Under the pieces are notes generated by a model. That model saw only the letters and a program-made list of their open reading frames with translations. It did no database searches and had not been told where the DNA came from. Shown one piece after another: positions 21,601-30,638 of a stretch of 64,000 nt of DNA; positions within the stretch are counted from its first letter, which is position 1; the number at the start of each line of letters is the position of its first letter. The position numbers were made by a program, and so were the translations under genes. The stretch is taken from NCBI GenBank assembly GCA_016927995.1, contig JAFGLO010000008.1, forward strand, positions 2,074 to 66,073, in the 5' to 3' direction. This DNA comes from Candidatus Dojkabacteria bacterium (GTDB lineage Bacteria > Patescibacteriota > Dojkabacteria > JAFGLO01).

Positions 21601-21902
21601 AAACAGGAAACTTAAAGGATATTGCCGACGTAAAAAATGATATGCAACTCAAAATATATGCCTATGCATTTACCCAGAAATTTATGTCAAAAGTTGACGA
21701 GATAAGTCTTTTCTTTGTTGATCATGGAAAAGATCAGCTTATAAAGCTTCCGGAAGGTTACTACGATAAACTTGAAAACGAGTTATGGGAAAAAATCGGC
21801 CCCGCCGTCGAAAAGATTAATTCCAAACAATTTACGGCTAACCCTTCGCCTCTTTGTAGGTTCTGCGAATACAGAAATGTGTGCGAATTTGCAATGACCT
21901 AA
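18678..21902 (+). CDS. UvrD/PcrA-family (SF1) DNA helicase fused to C-terminal PD-(D/E)XK (RecB/Cas4-like) nuclease domain with Cys cluster (AddA-like single-chain helicase-nuclease)
   Basis: Track ORF starts at 18597. The likely true start is the internal MEKTLKINKNQQAAIAHIDGPALVIAGAGTGKTFVITQRI (Walker A) at 18678. Helicase motifs present: DEFQDTNYAQY, VVGDDDQSIYKFRGA, VHKAKGLEFDTVFLVG. C-terminus has RIDRVDKTNDNKFRIIDYKTGN (nuclease motif III, DYK) and CRFCEYRNVC (Cas4/AddB-like Fe-S cysteines). Confidence 0.8.
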   Translation: MEKTLKINKNQQAAIAHIDGPALVIAGAGTGKTFVITQRIVSLIKTKKALPSEILALTFTNKAASEMAERVDQALPLGTFTEWIMTFHTFCEKILKQNAVHFDLEPSFRLINKREAIHLFKEYIRAFSLDRYRPSGNKYKYVSDILSFFSRVQDEAYSAQEFFNYVTKSLLSFLKKHGLSESQFKNLLDKNQVKTTIDSFVYTVSNPKKIPSWKNLANIYPKVEEIPEDVSAEFNTLAGNFELARVFVEFESVKNELNLLDFGDMVQKTIELFKKRPAILKKYQQLFKYILVDEFQDTNYAQYALLKLLAHPNNNLMVVGDDDQSIYKFRGASISNILTFQKDFPKTEVYVLVDNYRSTQPILNLAYQSIQNNNPDRLEIKTKISKLLKAQGNELDTEINVTVSETGYDEAEWIAREISKLTGIKLSKLYSDSKPNSVEIVISEPKKETEPGQLTLIQENEASKNIALSDISILARSLNHVNQITEVFSKAGIPYNLAQGKNLLTEDEVLFILSFLRVLTDYTDDLSMLYLLRHKYNQLNPRDFMLINQKAKYSKETVLLWIERNLGLSLDNPEAKPVLSPEIINLHIKDDSIEKITKIFNLIAESLKLVRDQKDLTFIVYNTLSKLDVLINLTKEDNISAKIEINNIERILNIIKTFSLKFGTTNPDDFVRYIDSIKFSGEPPEDEEEFSSVDAVNILTVHKAKGLEFDTVFLVGLAGRRFPSDDRKDPIDLPSHIIHEILPEGDFHIQEERRLFYVALTRAKRRLFLSFAQKYNDGKQIKKPSVFLAELGINASATPKPDLNRDKLSEIMIDSSLTPDNKAIPFWEPKVSTLSYSQLNSYESCPYQYKLRYILKLPSKQSATFFYGSIIHELLKHMFLYLKQNNKQLPIENALAFIDNSWDPSPFDTKEESEAQKQTAKKTVQNFYAKHYESKGSLVVIEDTFKVLLKDIVLTGRIDRVDKTNDNKFRIIDYKTGNLKDIADVKNDMQLKIYAYAFTQKFMSKVDEISLFFVDHGKDQLIKLPEGYYDKLENELWEKIGPAVEKINSKQFTANPSPLCRFCEYRNVCEFAMT

Positions 21903-22088
21903 AGATTTCTAAAGAAATATCCCCTAAAGTGGCATTAAATAGTCTCACATATCCCTACCCGGGACCAACTACCCCTCTACTATCACGTCAGGTTACGTCG
22001 TTCAAACAGATATTAGTAACAGCTGCATACGCAAGCCATCCAAAACTTAGGGCCGCTAGGAGTTCACCACTTTACCACGTGGCCTCTT

Positions 22089-22254
22089 TGTGGATAAATG
22101 TGGATAAGTCCAGGCAAATATGTTACTAAATGCAGGGGCAAAACGATTGCAAGACAACCACTTTGACACCAGTCCCGCCTATGTGTCGTGACGTTTATTT
22201 TTCACTGTTACGCAATGTGGACTAGTCTTATCGGTTTTCCAAAAATGTGGATGA
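22089..22254. promoter_or_regulatory. DnaA-box cluster (candidate oriC fragment or DnaA-regulatory site)
   Basis: Two perfect tandem TGTGGATAA boxes (reverse complement of TTATCCACA) at 22089-22097 and 22099-22107. One 1-mismatch box TGTGGATGA at 22246-22254 and one 2-mismatch box at 22216-22224. AT-rich tracts downstream (22380-22460). Lies in a ~600 bp non-coding gap between convergent gene ends. Confidence 0.45.
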
Positions 22255-22510
22255 AGAAAATTCTTGCCAAACTCTATACAGATACATCCACTTCAAAATA
22301 CACAAAAATATTAACAAAACAAAAGCTTTATTTGATAACGGGTTTAAGGGAAAACGCTCGATTAGATAAAGAGTTGAAGTAGATCTTTTTTTCCACAAGA
22401 AATATCTACTCGATTTTCGTTATTACGTTGGAACTTTTAAAAAAATAGTCCACCAATACACACTCTCTACTAATACTTCTGCTAATTAAAAAAACTAGAA
22501 GAACTTAGGA

Positions 22511-24061
22511 TTAATTAATTTTCTTAATCCTAAAGGTTACAACTTCATCACCCTCTAAAACCTCAAGGGTATCTTTAAAAATGATTCCACATTCGAATCC
22601 TTTATTTACAACATCAACTTTCTCTTTTAGAATTCTAAGAGATTGAATAGTTGACTCACCAATAACTTCACCTTTTCGTAAGATTTCTACACGAGCTCCC
22701 TTAGTAATTTTACCTTCGGTAACAATCGAACCGGCAACTTTATCGCCTTCCGTCAAGATAAAGACTTGCTTAACATTTGCTTTACCCAAGATATCTTTTT
22801 GTTCGGTAGGTTTGGTAAGTAAGGTGATACGCTCTTTAATATCATCGATCATTCTGTAGATAATGGCATAGGTTTTAATACTCACATCAACCTCCTTTGC
22901 TTTTTTCTCTGCAAGCTTTTCCACGGGAACATTGAATCCTACAATGAGTGAGTTTTTACTTGCCCTAGCGTTTTCAACGTCAGCAATTGTAATGGGTCCG
23001 ACTTCAGATCTGTGTAATTTAAATTCGACGTCCGGAGTTGTCTTTTGAAGATTATCTAACTCTTTACGAACGGCGTCGAGAACTGCCGGAGTATCGGCCT
23101 TTAAAATAAGGTTGAGAGGAATTCTGGTTTCTTCGGTAAAAAGCTCCTCTAAGGATTCTGCTACAACCTCTTCTGTTGGTTGATTGCAAGTTAATTCACA
23201 TTCCTGGTAGCTAGTATTTTTAAAAAATTCTTTTGCTGCAACAATTCCTTTCTCTGTTTCGGCACAATACAATAGTTTTCCTGCAGAATGAATATTTGAA
23301 AGACTAATTATTCTAACGCCATTTCCTTCTGAAACTTCATTAACAAGCTTTTCGCTTTGATCAAATAAAACACCTGCACGTTCTGTACCTTGAGGCGAAG
23401 ATATAAAGAAGCGTTTCTTGAATGAGCCTTTAATAATAATTGCATCAAGACACTTACCCATTGATTTATCGACCCAAGCGTCCAATATTACGGCAAGTCC
23501 ATACTCCGACTGAGTGGTTGTAAGCTCCTTAAGTTCCGCAATAAGAATAATCATCTCTAAAAGATCGGTTAGACCCTGCCCTGTCTTGGCGCTTACTTCG
23601 ACAATGGGGGTTTTGCCACCCCAACCTTCAACAAGAATGCCTTCCTCACTTAATTGCTGTTTTACTTTATCTGCGTTTGCACCTTCTAAATCAATTTTGG
23701 TTATTACAACGATGGTTTCGGTCTGTGCAGCTTTAAGTATTTCGATTGCTTCTTTGGTTTGGGGTTGTACACCCGCATCTGCGGCAACTATTAAAAGAAT
23801 AACATCGGCAGTTTTTCCACCAATTTCACGCATTATTGAGAATGCCTGGTGACCCGGGGTGTCTATAAATGTGATTTGCTTGTTATTGTAATTAAGGGTT
23901 GACCATGAAATGTGTTGAGTGATTCCGCCTGCTTCGCTGTCCCAAATTGCCGTCTTTCTAAGGGCATCGAGTAAAGTGGTTTTTCCGTGGTCCACATGAC
24001 CTAATACACCGACAATAGGGGCTCTCCATGCTGTTTGTGTTTGTTGTGTTTTCTTTTGCAT
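22511..24061 (-). CDS. infB: translation initiation factor IF-2 (short form)
   Basis: 516 aa. G-domain GHVDHGKTTLLDALRKT, DTPGHQAF, ITKID. Downstream of nusA in the conserved operon order. Confidence 0.9.
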   Translation of the reverse strand: MQKKTQQTQTAWRAPIVGVLGHVDHGKTTLLDALRKTAIWDSEAGGITQHISWSTLNYNNKQITFIDTPGHQAFSIMREIGGKTADVILLIVAADAGVQPQTKEAIEILKAAQTETIVVITKIDLEGANADKVKQQLSEEGILVEGWGGKTPIVEVSAKTGQGLTDLLEMIILIAELKELTTTQSEYGLAVILDAWVDKSMGKCLDAIIIKGSFKKRFFISSPQGTERAGVLFDQSEKLVNEVSEGNGVRIISLSNIHSAGKLLYCAETEKGIVAAKEFFKNTSYQECELTCNQPTEEVVAESLEELFTEETRIPLNLILKADTPAVLDAVRKELDNLQKTTPDVEFKLHRSEVGPITIADVENARASKNSLIVGFNVPVEKLAEKKAKEVDVSIKTYAIIYRMIDDIKERITLLTKPTEQKDILGKANVKQVFILTEGDKVAGSIVTEGKITKGARVEILRKGEVIGESTIQSLRILKEKVDVVNKGFECGIIFKDTLEVLEGDEVVTFRIKKIN

Positions 24062-24216
24062 TGTAATTGTAGGTTAACTTTGTAGTCGCGGAAACGTTAC
24101 TGCTTCAGTATTCCCTGTCGACCAATGTGTTCGGCGGAAGCCCTTTGCTTATTATAATTTGTGCTAAAGCGATTTCCTTCTCACATATCGGTTCTCCAGA
24201 ATACTATCCTGCTTCA

Positions 24217-25401
24217 CTACTTTACTGGTTCACTCTTCGACTTATCTTCCTCTTTGGTTTTCTTTTCCTCTTCTGCCTTTGCTGTCTCTTCTGCCATTAT
24301 TTTTTCACGCATTTCTATTGCAGCTTTATTCAATTCTTCGACATCGCTTTCACTTGTGAGTTTTTTCTTAAGGCTCTTTGCCGTTACGGTTATTTTATAA
24401 CCTGTTAATTTTGCTGCAAGTCTCACGTTCTGACCCTCTCGACCTATTGCCAATGAGACTTGATCATCGTCCACATTAACAATGGCTTCATTTTTGTTAT
24501 TAATTTTTACATCGATCACTTTGGCGGGGCTAAGTGCATTTGCAATGAATCGTTCAGGATTTTCGGCCCACTCAATAACATCGACCTTTTCCGTCCCGAG
24601 TTCATTCATAATATTTGAGATTCTTACTCCCTTTTGACCAATACATGATCCAATAGGGTCAATTCCTTCTTGATCGGAGGTTACCGCAACTTTACTTCTA
24701 AATCCGACTTCACGGGCTGTACTTTTTATTTCAACAGAACCCGACGCTATTTCTGGAATTTCTATTTCAAATAGTCCGGCCAGAAATTCGTTTGTTGCAC
24801 GAGATACAATTACTTCTTTTCGGTTATTTACTTCCTCGACACCTTTGATCATTACTCTGTAACGCTCGCCGATTTTATAAAATTCGTTTCCTATTTGTTC
24901 TTCAGGAGGCATTATTGCAATTGCTCGATCAACTTCCACTATTGCGGTTTCGCCTCGCATTCGTTGAATCTTGGCTGATACAACATTCCCGATTTTTGTT
25001 TGTATGTCATCAAAGATTGACTCGCGCTCTGCGGTTCTGATACTGCCGATAAGAACGTTTTTAGCAGCTCTTGCGGCAATTCTTCCGAAGTCACTTACGG
25101 GAACTTCAACCTTTATTTTGTCGCCAATTTTGACCTTTTGACCGGTTAGGGTATCTGCTTCTTTTTTGGAAACTTGGGTTTGATTGTTTTCAACTGATTT
25201 AACAACGGTTTTAGTTAAAAATGCCTTAAGAATACCTTCCCTTTGGTCGATATCAATATCAATTTCGACATCTGATCCATATTCTTTTTCGTAAGCTGAC
25301 TTGATTGCATCGGTTATAGATTGATAAACTGTATCTGCATCTATTCCACGGTCTGCACTTATTTGGTTTATTGCGGTCATTAGCTCTGACTGAACAGCCA
25401 T
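24217..25401 (-). CDS. nusA: transcription termination/antitermination factor NusA
   Basis: 394 aa. N-terminal domain, S1 domain (RYRVMIKGVEEV) and tandem KH domains (DPIGSCIGQKGVRISNIMNELG; SLAIGREGQNVRLAAKLTG), with acidic Lys/Glu-rich C-terminus. Confidence 0.9.
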   Translation of the reverse strand: MAVQSELMTAINQISADRGIDADTVYQSITDAIKSAYEKEYGSDVEIDIDIDQREGILKAFLTKTVVKSVENNQTQVSKKEADTLTGQKVKIGDKIKVEVPVSDFGRIAARAAKNVLIGSIRTAERESIFDDIQTKIGNVVSAKIQRMRGETAIVEVDRAIAIMPPEEQIGNEFYKIGERYRVMIKGVEEVNNRKEVIVSRATNEFLAGLFEIEIPEIASGSVEIKSTAREVGFRSKVAVTSDQEGIDPIGSCIGQKGVRISNIMNELGTEKVDVIEWAENPERFIANALSPAKVIDVKINNKNEAIVNVDDDQVSLAIGREGQNVRLAAKLTGYKITVTAKSLKKKLTSESDVEELNKAAIEMREKIMAEETAKAEEEKKTKEEDKSKSEPVK

Positions 25402-25559
25402 TTCACGGACAAATTAAATTAACTTAGGATTATTTCTTTAAAATAGCGTTGGTATTATACAGTAAGCCGGTGAAATAGTGAAGTAGTTAATGAGTTAGCG
25501 TAAGCAGTGAGTAAGAAGGATTTGTTGTGACTTATAGATTTATTAACTTGTTAAAGGTT

Positions 25560-26993
25560 TTATTGAGCATTCTTCATAGTAACTGGAAGAAATACCTTAC
25601 TCCCGCCAGTTACAGTCCTCTGGACCAAAACGCTGGCTCCGAAAGCCTCTTCTTCAGGTTTTGTAAGTCTTTGATATAAAACATCAAAGCGTCCAATCGG
25701 AGGATTTGTTCCATCAGTTCGCTGAAAAAGTTCAATATTATTTCCTGCGCTCAAACACGGTATTCCTTTAACGTCTGAACAATCGGGAAGCTCAATATCT
25801 AAGATTGGAGTTAGTGTTGATTGAACTAATGGTTGTTGAGTAGGGGTAAATTCGTATAATCTATATGTGAGTCTTTTTTCTCCGTTAACATCTATTCTAA
25901 TAAGGGATGCAAAGAAGTTTCCTTTAAGCTCCGAACCATTAGGAAGGGAGATGGTTAAGTTTTCAATATAAGTAAGCCCGTGAAGGTGGTTTGTATCTAT
26001 TGGTTCTTGTATATCTACTGGAGTTACAAGGACTCCACCTTGGTCAACAAATGCAAAACTAGCTCCGATTGTTGAATCTCTGTTTACGTATCGTCCAAAA
26101 ATTACTGAACCATTACCTATCGAAACAGATGATGGATCTGTAACTTTATTTGAAGTTGTTGCTATGTCAACAGAATCGCCGGTAGTTTCAGTTCTGATAC
26201 TAGGAGCATTACCTAGGCTATTATTTAAGGTAGAATCTGTTTCCAAACTCTCAAACTCATCAGCCCAAACTGAACAACCTCCAACGATTTTACCTGTTGA
26301 TTTATCAAATAAAGTAGCTGAATAGAATTTTCTACCACTTGTATATAATTCTTGGACAGAAATGCTATATCCCTCCAACGAGTCGGGTATTGTGCCGGCA
26401 AGAAATTCATCAAGATACTTGACCTCCGTTGGAGTCTGTAATGCAAATCTTACCATATTTGGGGTTGATTGCCCACTTTGGGTAGTTGCCATAACTACAA
26501 CAGGATTTTCAACATTGGACTGTGCACCTACAGCACGTGCAACTCTATTATCTCCCGGAGCTAAAGGGTTCTGATCACCTGTGGGATCCTCGTCTACAAG
26601 GTATGCATGTGAATACAGACCTTCTCCAGTAGTGATAGCTACACTACCTCCATGCGTGTAAGTCATAACCTTTGGATTTGTTCCCAATGTAAGGGTTACG
26701 GCTGTCCCATTTGCCCTAAGTCCTTGATGGATTAATGTAGTTGTGTTGTCTGGTAGAGTTGACAAAGTAATTGAACCTTGTGTTGCAAATGGACTGATTA
26801 AGGTGTCTACCGCTCTTGGTATAACGACAGCTTCAGTTGGAGCCGTTTCTTGCATCTCTTTATTGTCTGGTTTTTCAACTGTGGTTACTTCGAGGGGGGG
26901 GGGAATTACTGGTAAGTTGGGAACCAAAGCTGTTCCTATGGTTGTTGCTCCGATATTTGTTAAAAAGGTTCGTCTTGAAATTCGATTACCCAT
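25560..26993 (-). CDS. Tat-signal secreted protein, hypothetical
   Basis: 477 aa. N-terminal twin-arginine motif (RISRRTFLTNIGATTIGTALV). Thr/Ser-rich mature domain, no motif recognised. Contains the G10 tract listed separately. Confidence 0.55.
   Translation of the reverse strand: MGNRISRRTFLTNIGATTIGTALVPNLPVIPPPLEVTTVEKPDNKEMQETAPTEAVVIPRAVDTLISPFATQGSITLSTLPDNTTTLIHQGLRANGTAVTLTLGTNPKVMTYTHGGSVAITTGEGLYSHAYLVDEDPTGDQNPLAPGDNRVARAVGAQSNVENPVVVMATTQSGQSTPNMVRFALQTPTEVKYLDEFLAGTIPDSLEGYSISVQELYTSGRKFYSATLFDKSTGKIVGGCSVWADEFESLETDSTLNNSLGNAPSIRTETTGDSVDIATTSNKVTDPSSVSIGNGSVIFGRYVNRDSTIGASFAFVDQGGVLVTPVDIQEPIDTNHLHGLTYIENLTISLPNGSELKGNFFASLIRIDVNGEKRLTYRLYEFTPTQQPLVQSTLTPILDIELPDCSDVKGIPCLSAGNNIELFQRTDGTNPPIGRFDVLYQRLTKPEEEAFGASVLVQRTVTGGSKVFLPVTMKNAQ
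26894..26903. repeat. homopolymeric G10 (C10 on coding strand) tract inside 5' end of CDS 25560-26993
   Basis: Read directly from the sequence: cgaGGGGGGGGGGaattact. On the minus strand this encodes Pro-Pro-Pro-Leu (VIPPPLEV), which matches the track translation. Such a tract is unusual in a ~38% GC genome. Confidence 0.7.
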
Positions 26994-27123
26994 AGCTTTA
27001 AGTTGAATTAAGTTAAAACAGTATTATGTTAATTGATTACGAAAACAGCGAGAACAAAGTAACAAGAATCTTTTATCAAATTTACATTTTAGGAAGAAAT
27101 TTATCAAGGGGATTGTAAGGTTG

Positions 27124-28317
27124 TTATTGGGTAAGGGATTTAATACACCTTTTGAATTCGGCAACCGTATAAAGATTTCCACGGGCTACGGAAGACTCCT
27201 TAATGGAGCTTAGCTGAGATGGATTCATCTTCTCAAATTTTTTAATCGCAGCTTCTAAATCTTCTACCGCTGGCTCTTCTATTAGTATTCCTGTTTTTCC
27301 ATTGATTACCGTTTCTTTTGTGCCACCTTTGTTTAATCCGATTACCGGTGTACCTGCCATCATTGATTCTACAGGGACTATTCCAAAATCTTCGTGATTT
27401 ATATGTATTGTGGCTTTGGCCTTTTTATATAATTCCCATTTTTCTGATTCATCTACTCGACCGGTGAATATGATGTTACTAAGCCCTCTTGCTTTCTCCT
27501 TTAATGATTCTTCCATATCTCCTGTGCCCGCTATTACAAGGTTTAGGTTGGGAAGCTTCTTGAATGTATCAATTATTACGTCGACCTTTTTGTAATCTAC
27601 AAGTCGACCGAGGTATAGGTAGTAGCCATCCGGAGGTAAATGTTGTAGGTTAGATGTTATACGTTGATCAATAGTTTCTGCCGGAGGCGGGGTATCAATG
27701 GGTGGATTTATAACAATACTGTCTCTGCGATATGCCTTTTTTATACGAGCTCTTATGTCTTCTGAATTTGCAACTAAAATATCGGGCCGTTGTGCTGAGG
27801 AGTAATCCCAGATTCTAAGTAGGTTATTTATAAACTTAACCGGAAGCCTAAAAATTTTTGGAATTCTGCCTTGTCTACTTGGTTCCATGCCCCATAAAAA
27901 CCTTGGAGGGCAATGAATATATGAAATATGACGTGACGTTGGTTTTCCAATTACCCCTTTTGCAAATATGCTTGTGCTACTAATAATAACATCGTAGTCT
28001 TGGAGATTTAGGGACTCGAACGCAAATGGAAGCAGAAGTTCGTATGCAGGATAAAACCATTTTAAAAAAGGAAGTTTTTGAACCCAGGTAGTTTTAACAT
28101 TTTTGGGCAACCAACCTTTAAACCCGGGTAGAATAAGTCCTGTATAAACATCAGCAGCAGGGAAAACCTCTGTAAGTGCCTTAACAACCTTTTCACCTCC
28201 CCCATCCCATATAAAGTAATCGTGAACGATAGCTACGGAATAATCAGTAGTCAGTGATGTACGAGCAGGCTTTTCCTTGGCTGCTTCACTATTTGACTGT
28301 TTCACCATTTCACTCAT
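27124..28317 (-). CDS. glycosyltransferase family 4 (GT-B fold)
   Basis: Likely start at MSEMVKQ (28317); the track extends further to 28413. C-terminal GT4 signature EDFGIVPVESMMAGTPVIG and NLVIAGTGDMEES. The preceding gene ends 4 bp away. Confidence 0.8.
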   Translation of the reverse strand: MSEMVKQSNSEAAKEKPARTSLTTDYSVAIVHDYFIWDGGGEKVVKALTEVFPAADVYTGLILPGFKGWLPKNVKTTWVQKLPFLKWFYPAYELLLPFAFESLNLQDYDVIISSTSIFAKGVIGKPTSRHISYIHCPPRFLWGMEPSRQGRIPKIFRLPVKFINNLLRIWDYSSAQRPDILVANSEDIRARIKKAYRRDSIVINPPIDTPPPAETIDQRITSNLQHLPPDGYYLYLGRLVDYKKVDVIIDTFKKLPNLNLVIAGTGDMEESLKEKARGLSNIIFTGRVDESEKWELYKKAKATIHINHEDFGIVPVESMMAGTPVIGLNKGGTKETVINGKTGILIEEPAVEDLEAAIKKFEKMNPSQLSSIKESSVARGNLYTVAEFKRCIKSLTQ

Positions 28318-28321
28318 TTTT

Positions 28322-28990
28322 CTAAAAAAGACTTTGCGGTTTAACTGGAGTGGGTTTTTTCTTCTCCTGAGCCGTTTCTTTTGTCTTAATAATATCCGAT
28401 ACGGTGTCATCAATTTTTACCGGTTCCAAATTTCCATCTAGGAAACTTTTAAGCTTTTGAAAATCGGCCATTAATACCGGCCTATTACTGCCGTTGTATA
28501 GTGCAAACGCAGGATGGTACGATATAAAATATACCCTCCCTCGGTATTCGTAACAGTTTCCGTGATCGTTACCTACCTGCCTTCCCGGAATGAATCGGTT
28601 AAGTGCGTGTCTTCCAAGTGGAATAAATACCCTGGGGGCTATAATTTCTATTTGTTTATCAAGCCATGGAGCGCATGTAGATACCTCGTCGGGTAGTGGC
28701 TCTCTGTTGTTTGGTGGTCTACATTTTACAATGTTTGTAATAAAGACCTTGTTTCTACTTAAGCCTATTGATTCCAGAAGTTCATTTAGAAATTTGCCTG
28801 CCGATCCTACAAAGGGTAACCCCTCTTTGTCCTCGGTAGCTCCGGGACCTTCACCTATAAACATAATTTCGGCGTTAAGTGAACCTGCCCCGGGAACAAC
28901 CTGGGTAGCATTTTCTCTAAGCCTACAGGCACTACAATCCGCAATTTTATTTCTTAGTGGGAGGTAAGCCTGTTTCTTGTCCAAATGCAT
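28322..28990 (-). CDS. uracil-DNA glycosylase, family 4 (4Fe-4S type)
   Basis: 222 aa. Family-4 UDG motifs GEGPGATEDKEGLPFVGSAGKFLNELL and HPAFALYN, with N-terminal cysteines CSACRL. Confidence 0.85.
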   Translation of the reverse strand: MHLDKKQAYLPLRNKIADCSACRLRENATQVVPGAGSLNAEIMFIGEGPGATEDKEGLPFVGSAGKFLNELLESIGLSRNKVFITNIVKCRPPNNREPLPDEVSTCAPWLDKQIEIIAPRVFIPLGRHALNRFIPGRQVGNDHGNCYEYRGRVYFISYHPAFALYNGSNRPVLMADFQKLKSFLDGNLEPVKIDDTVSDIIKTKETAQEKKKPTPVKPQSLF

Positions 28991-29002
28991 TGTTAACCGA
29001 AG

Positions 29003-29911
29003 TTATTCCTTTATTATATCAGCTTTTTCAAGTCCCGGTGCAATTTTATAAAGATCCTTTAGCAATGGGAGGTTAGTTCTAATTGTTGTAAGGATTGCAC
29101 GTCCAAGTCCAATCGGGATAATAATTGCCTTTGTAACCTGTGAAAAAGGAAGTTTCTTGGTAAGTTCATAAACCTTTCCTATTCGGTCCTCCTCAATGTT
29201 TATAATTTGCATATAAAAGCCTTTAATTCTTGATTCTTTATATATTTTTATAAACATGTCTGCATAACGAAAAAGAGCTTTAAAGAAGCCCCATTTTTTA
29301 AATTGATACGAGGATTTTAGATCTCTACAATAAATTGTTTTTACCTTTAGTTTATTTTTAACATAATGGGTATTCATTATTACCTCTAGAAGGTAGCCCT
29401 TTTGTGGATCGATAATTATCTTTTCAAACTCTTCTTTATAAAAAGCCCGCTCGCCCCCTAATAACCTTGGAATATTAGTCCACCCTATTATGCTTTTTCT
29501 ATCACTGATTCTATCGAGGATTGTCATGTCGTATCCGTCTTGGATAATAGGATTGATTAGCTGATCAAGGTTTTTTAGTAGGATATCTTCCAGGTCAGCG
29601 TCCAAAAGAACAATTATCTGGCCGCTAGCCTTTTTAATTCCATTGATTATGGCTGCTGTTTTTCCTTTGTTCCGGTTGTGTCTGAATATGGAAAGTTGAG
29701 GATGAGTCTTTTTGTAAGCGGAAAGAATTTTTTGTGTGTTATCGGATGAGCCATCATTTACGACCACAACTTCAGAAAATTTACGATAAGATAATGCAAG
29801 AGATAATACTTTTTCAATGCGAGGACCTTCATTATATGCCGGGATAACGCAGCTGATTGTAGGAGTTGGTTTTTTCACGTTTGATTTTATGTTATAAATT
29901 CCGAGTATCAT
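29003..29911 (-). CDS. glycosyltransferase family 2 (Dpm1/polyprenyl-phosphate sugar transferase-like)
   Basis: 302 aa. ISCVIPAYNE...VVVVNDGSSDNT...VLLDADL, i.e. the GT-A DxD-containing signature. Confidence 0.8.
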   Translation of the reverse strand: MILGIYNIKSNVKKPTPTISCVIPAYNEGPRIEKVLSLALSYRKFSEVVVVNDGSSDNTQKILSAYKKTHPQLSIFRHNRNKGKTAAIINGIKKASGQIIVLLDADLEDILLKNLDQLINPIIQDGYDMTILDRISDRKSIIGWTNIPRLLGGERAFYKEEFEKIIIDPQKGYLLEVIMNTHYVKNKLKVKTIYCRDLKSSYQFKKWGFFKALFRYADMFIKIYKESRIKGFYMQIINIEEDRIGKVYELTKKLPFSQVTKAIIIPIGLGRAILTTIRTNLPLLKDLYKIAPGLEKADIIKE

Positions 29912-29954
29912 ACCACTTTCTTTTAATTTCTGATATTTGATGCTATTCTAGGGT

Positions 29955-30638
29955 ATGAGAAAGCTTTGGGAATTTGCAAAAAAATATGGTTGGATTTTGG
30001 GAACCGTTTTATGGGTTTTTATTCTTTCCTTTGTGCTTTTTCCTAGCATTATTAATGAATTTATTCCCTTTGTATTAACAAATGATCCGGTACTTGGGAG
30101 TTCTGCAAGTGGATACACTTTGGAGCCGCTTATGCAGGATATGAATTTACCTTTTGATAATCAAATGTCTGATATTGGTTGGAGCTTTGGTGGATACGTT
30201 CTATCTGCCGGTGAGCAGAGCGTTGATCCCCGTGTTAGGGCAATTGAGATGCTTTTAACTCAGTATGGATCTCCGGTTGCGGAATACGCAGAAGTTTTCG
30301 TGCAAGAGGCTGATAAAAACGGTAATGATTGGAGACTGGCGGTTTCGATCATGGGTGTCGAATCGGGTTTTGGAAAAGTGATTCCTGTAAATTCTTATAA
30401 TGGTTGGGGTTGGAAAGGTGGTCCTAACGGTGCGTATAGTATATTTTCATCGTGGAACGAATCAATTTCACATATTACTGAAAGACTTGCTACAGGTTAT
30501 GGAAAGAAGATTACCCCACTAATGATGGAAGCCATTTACTGTCCACCTTGCGGTGCTACGGGAATGCATTACTGGGCTAATGGGGTTCAGAATTATATGG
30601 ATATCCTTGAATATTACAGGAAAGCTATCGTTCGATAA
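29955..30638 (+). CDS. membrane-anchored hypothetical protein, possible cell-wall glycoside hydrolase/transglycosylase-like domain
   Basis: 227 aa. N-terminal TM helix (WILGTVLWVFILSFVLF). LAVSIMGVESGFG resembles the E-S-G catalytic motif region of lytic transglycosylase/glucosaminidase families; the match is weak. Confidence 0.35.
   Translation: MRKLWEFAKKYGWILGTVLWVFILSFVLFPSIINEFIPFVLTNDPVLGSSASGYTLEPLMQDMNLPFDNQMSDIGWSFGGYVLSAGEQSVDPRVRAIEMLLTQYGSPVAEYAEVFVQEADKNGNDWRLAVSIMGVESGFGKVIPVNSYNGWGWKGGPNGAYSIFSSWNESISHITERLATGYGKKITPLMMEAIYCPPCGATGMHYWANGVQNYMDILEYYRKAIVR

Noticed and set aside
21881-22382. ORFs 21881-22129 and 22188-22382 in the helicase-infB intergenic gap
   Set aside because: No recognisable protein family. 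They overlap the DnaA boxes and AT-rich tracts. The region reads better as non-coding (origin or regulatory), although a small unrecognised gene cannot be excluded.
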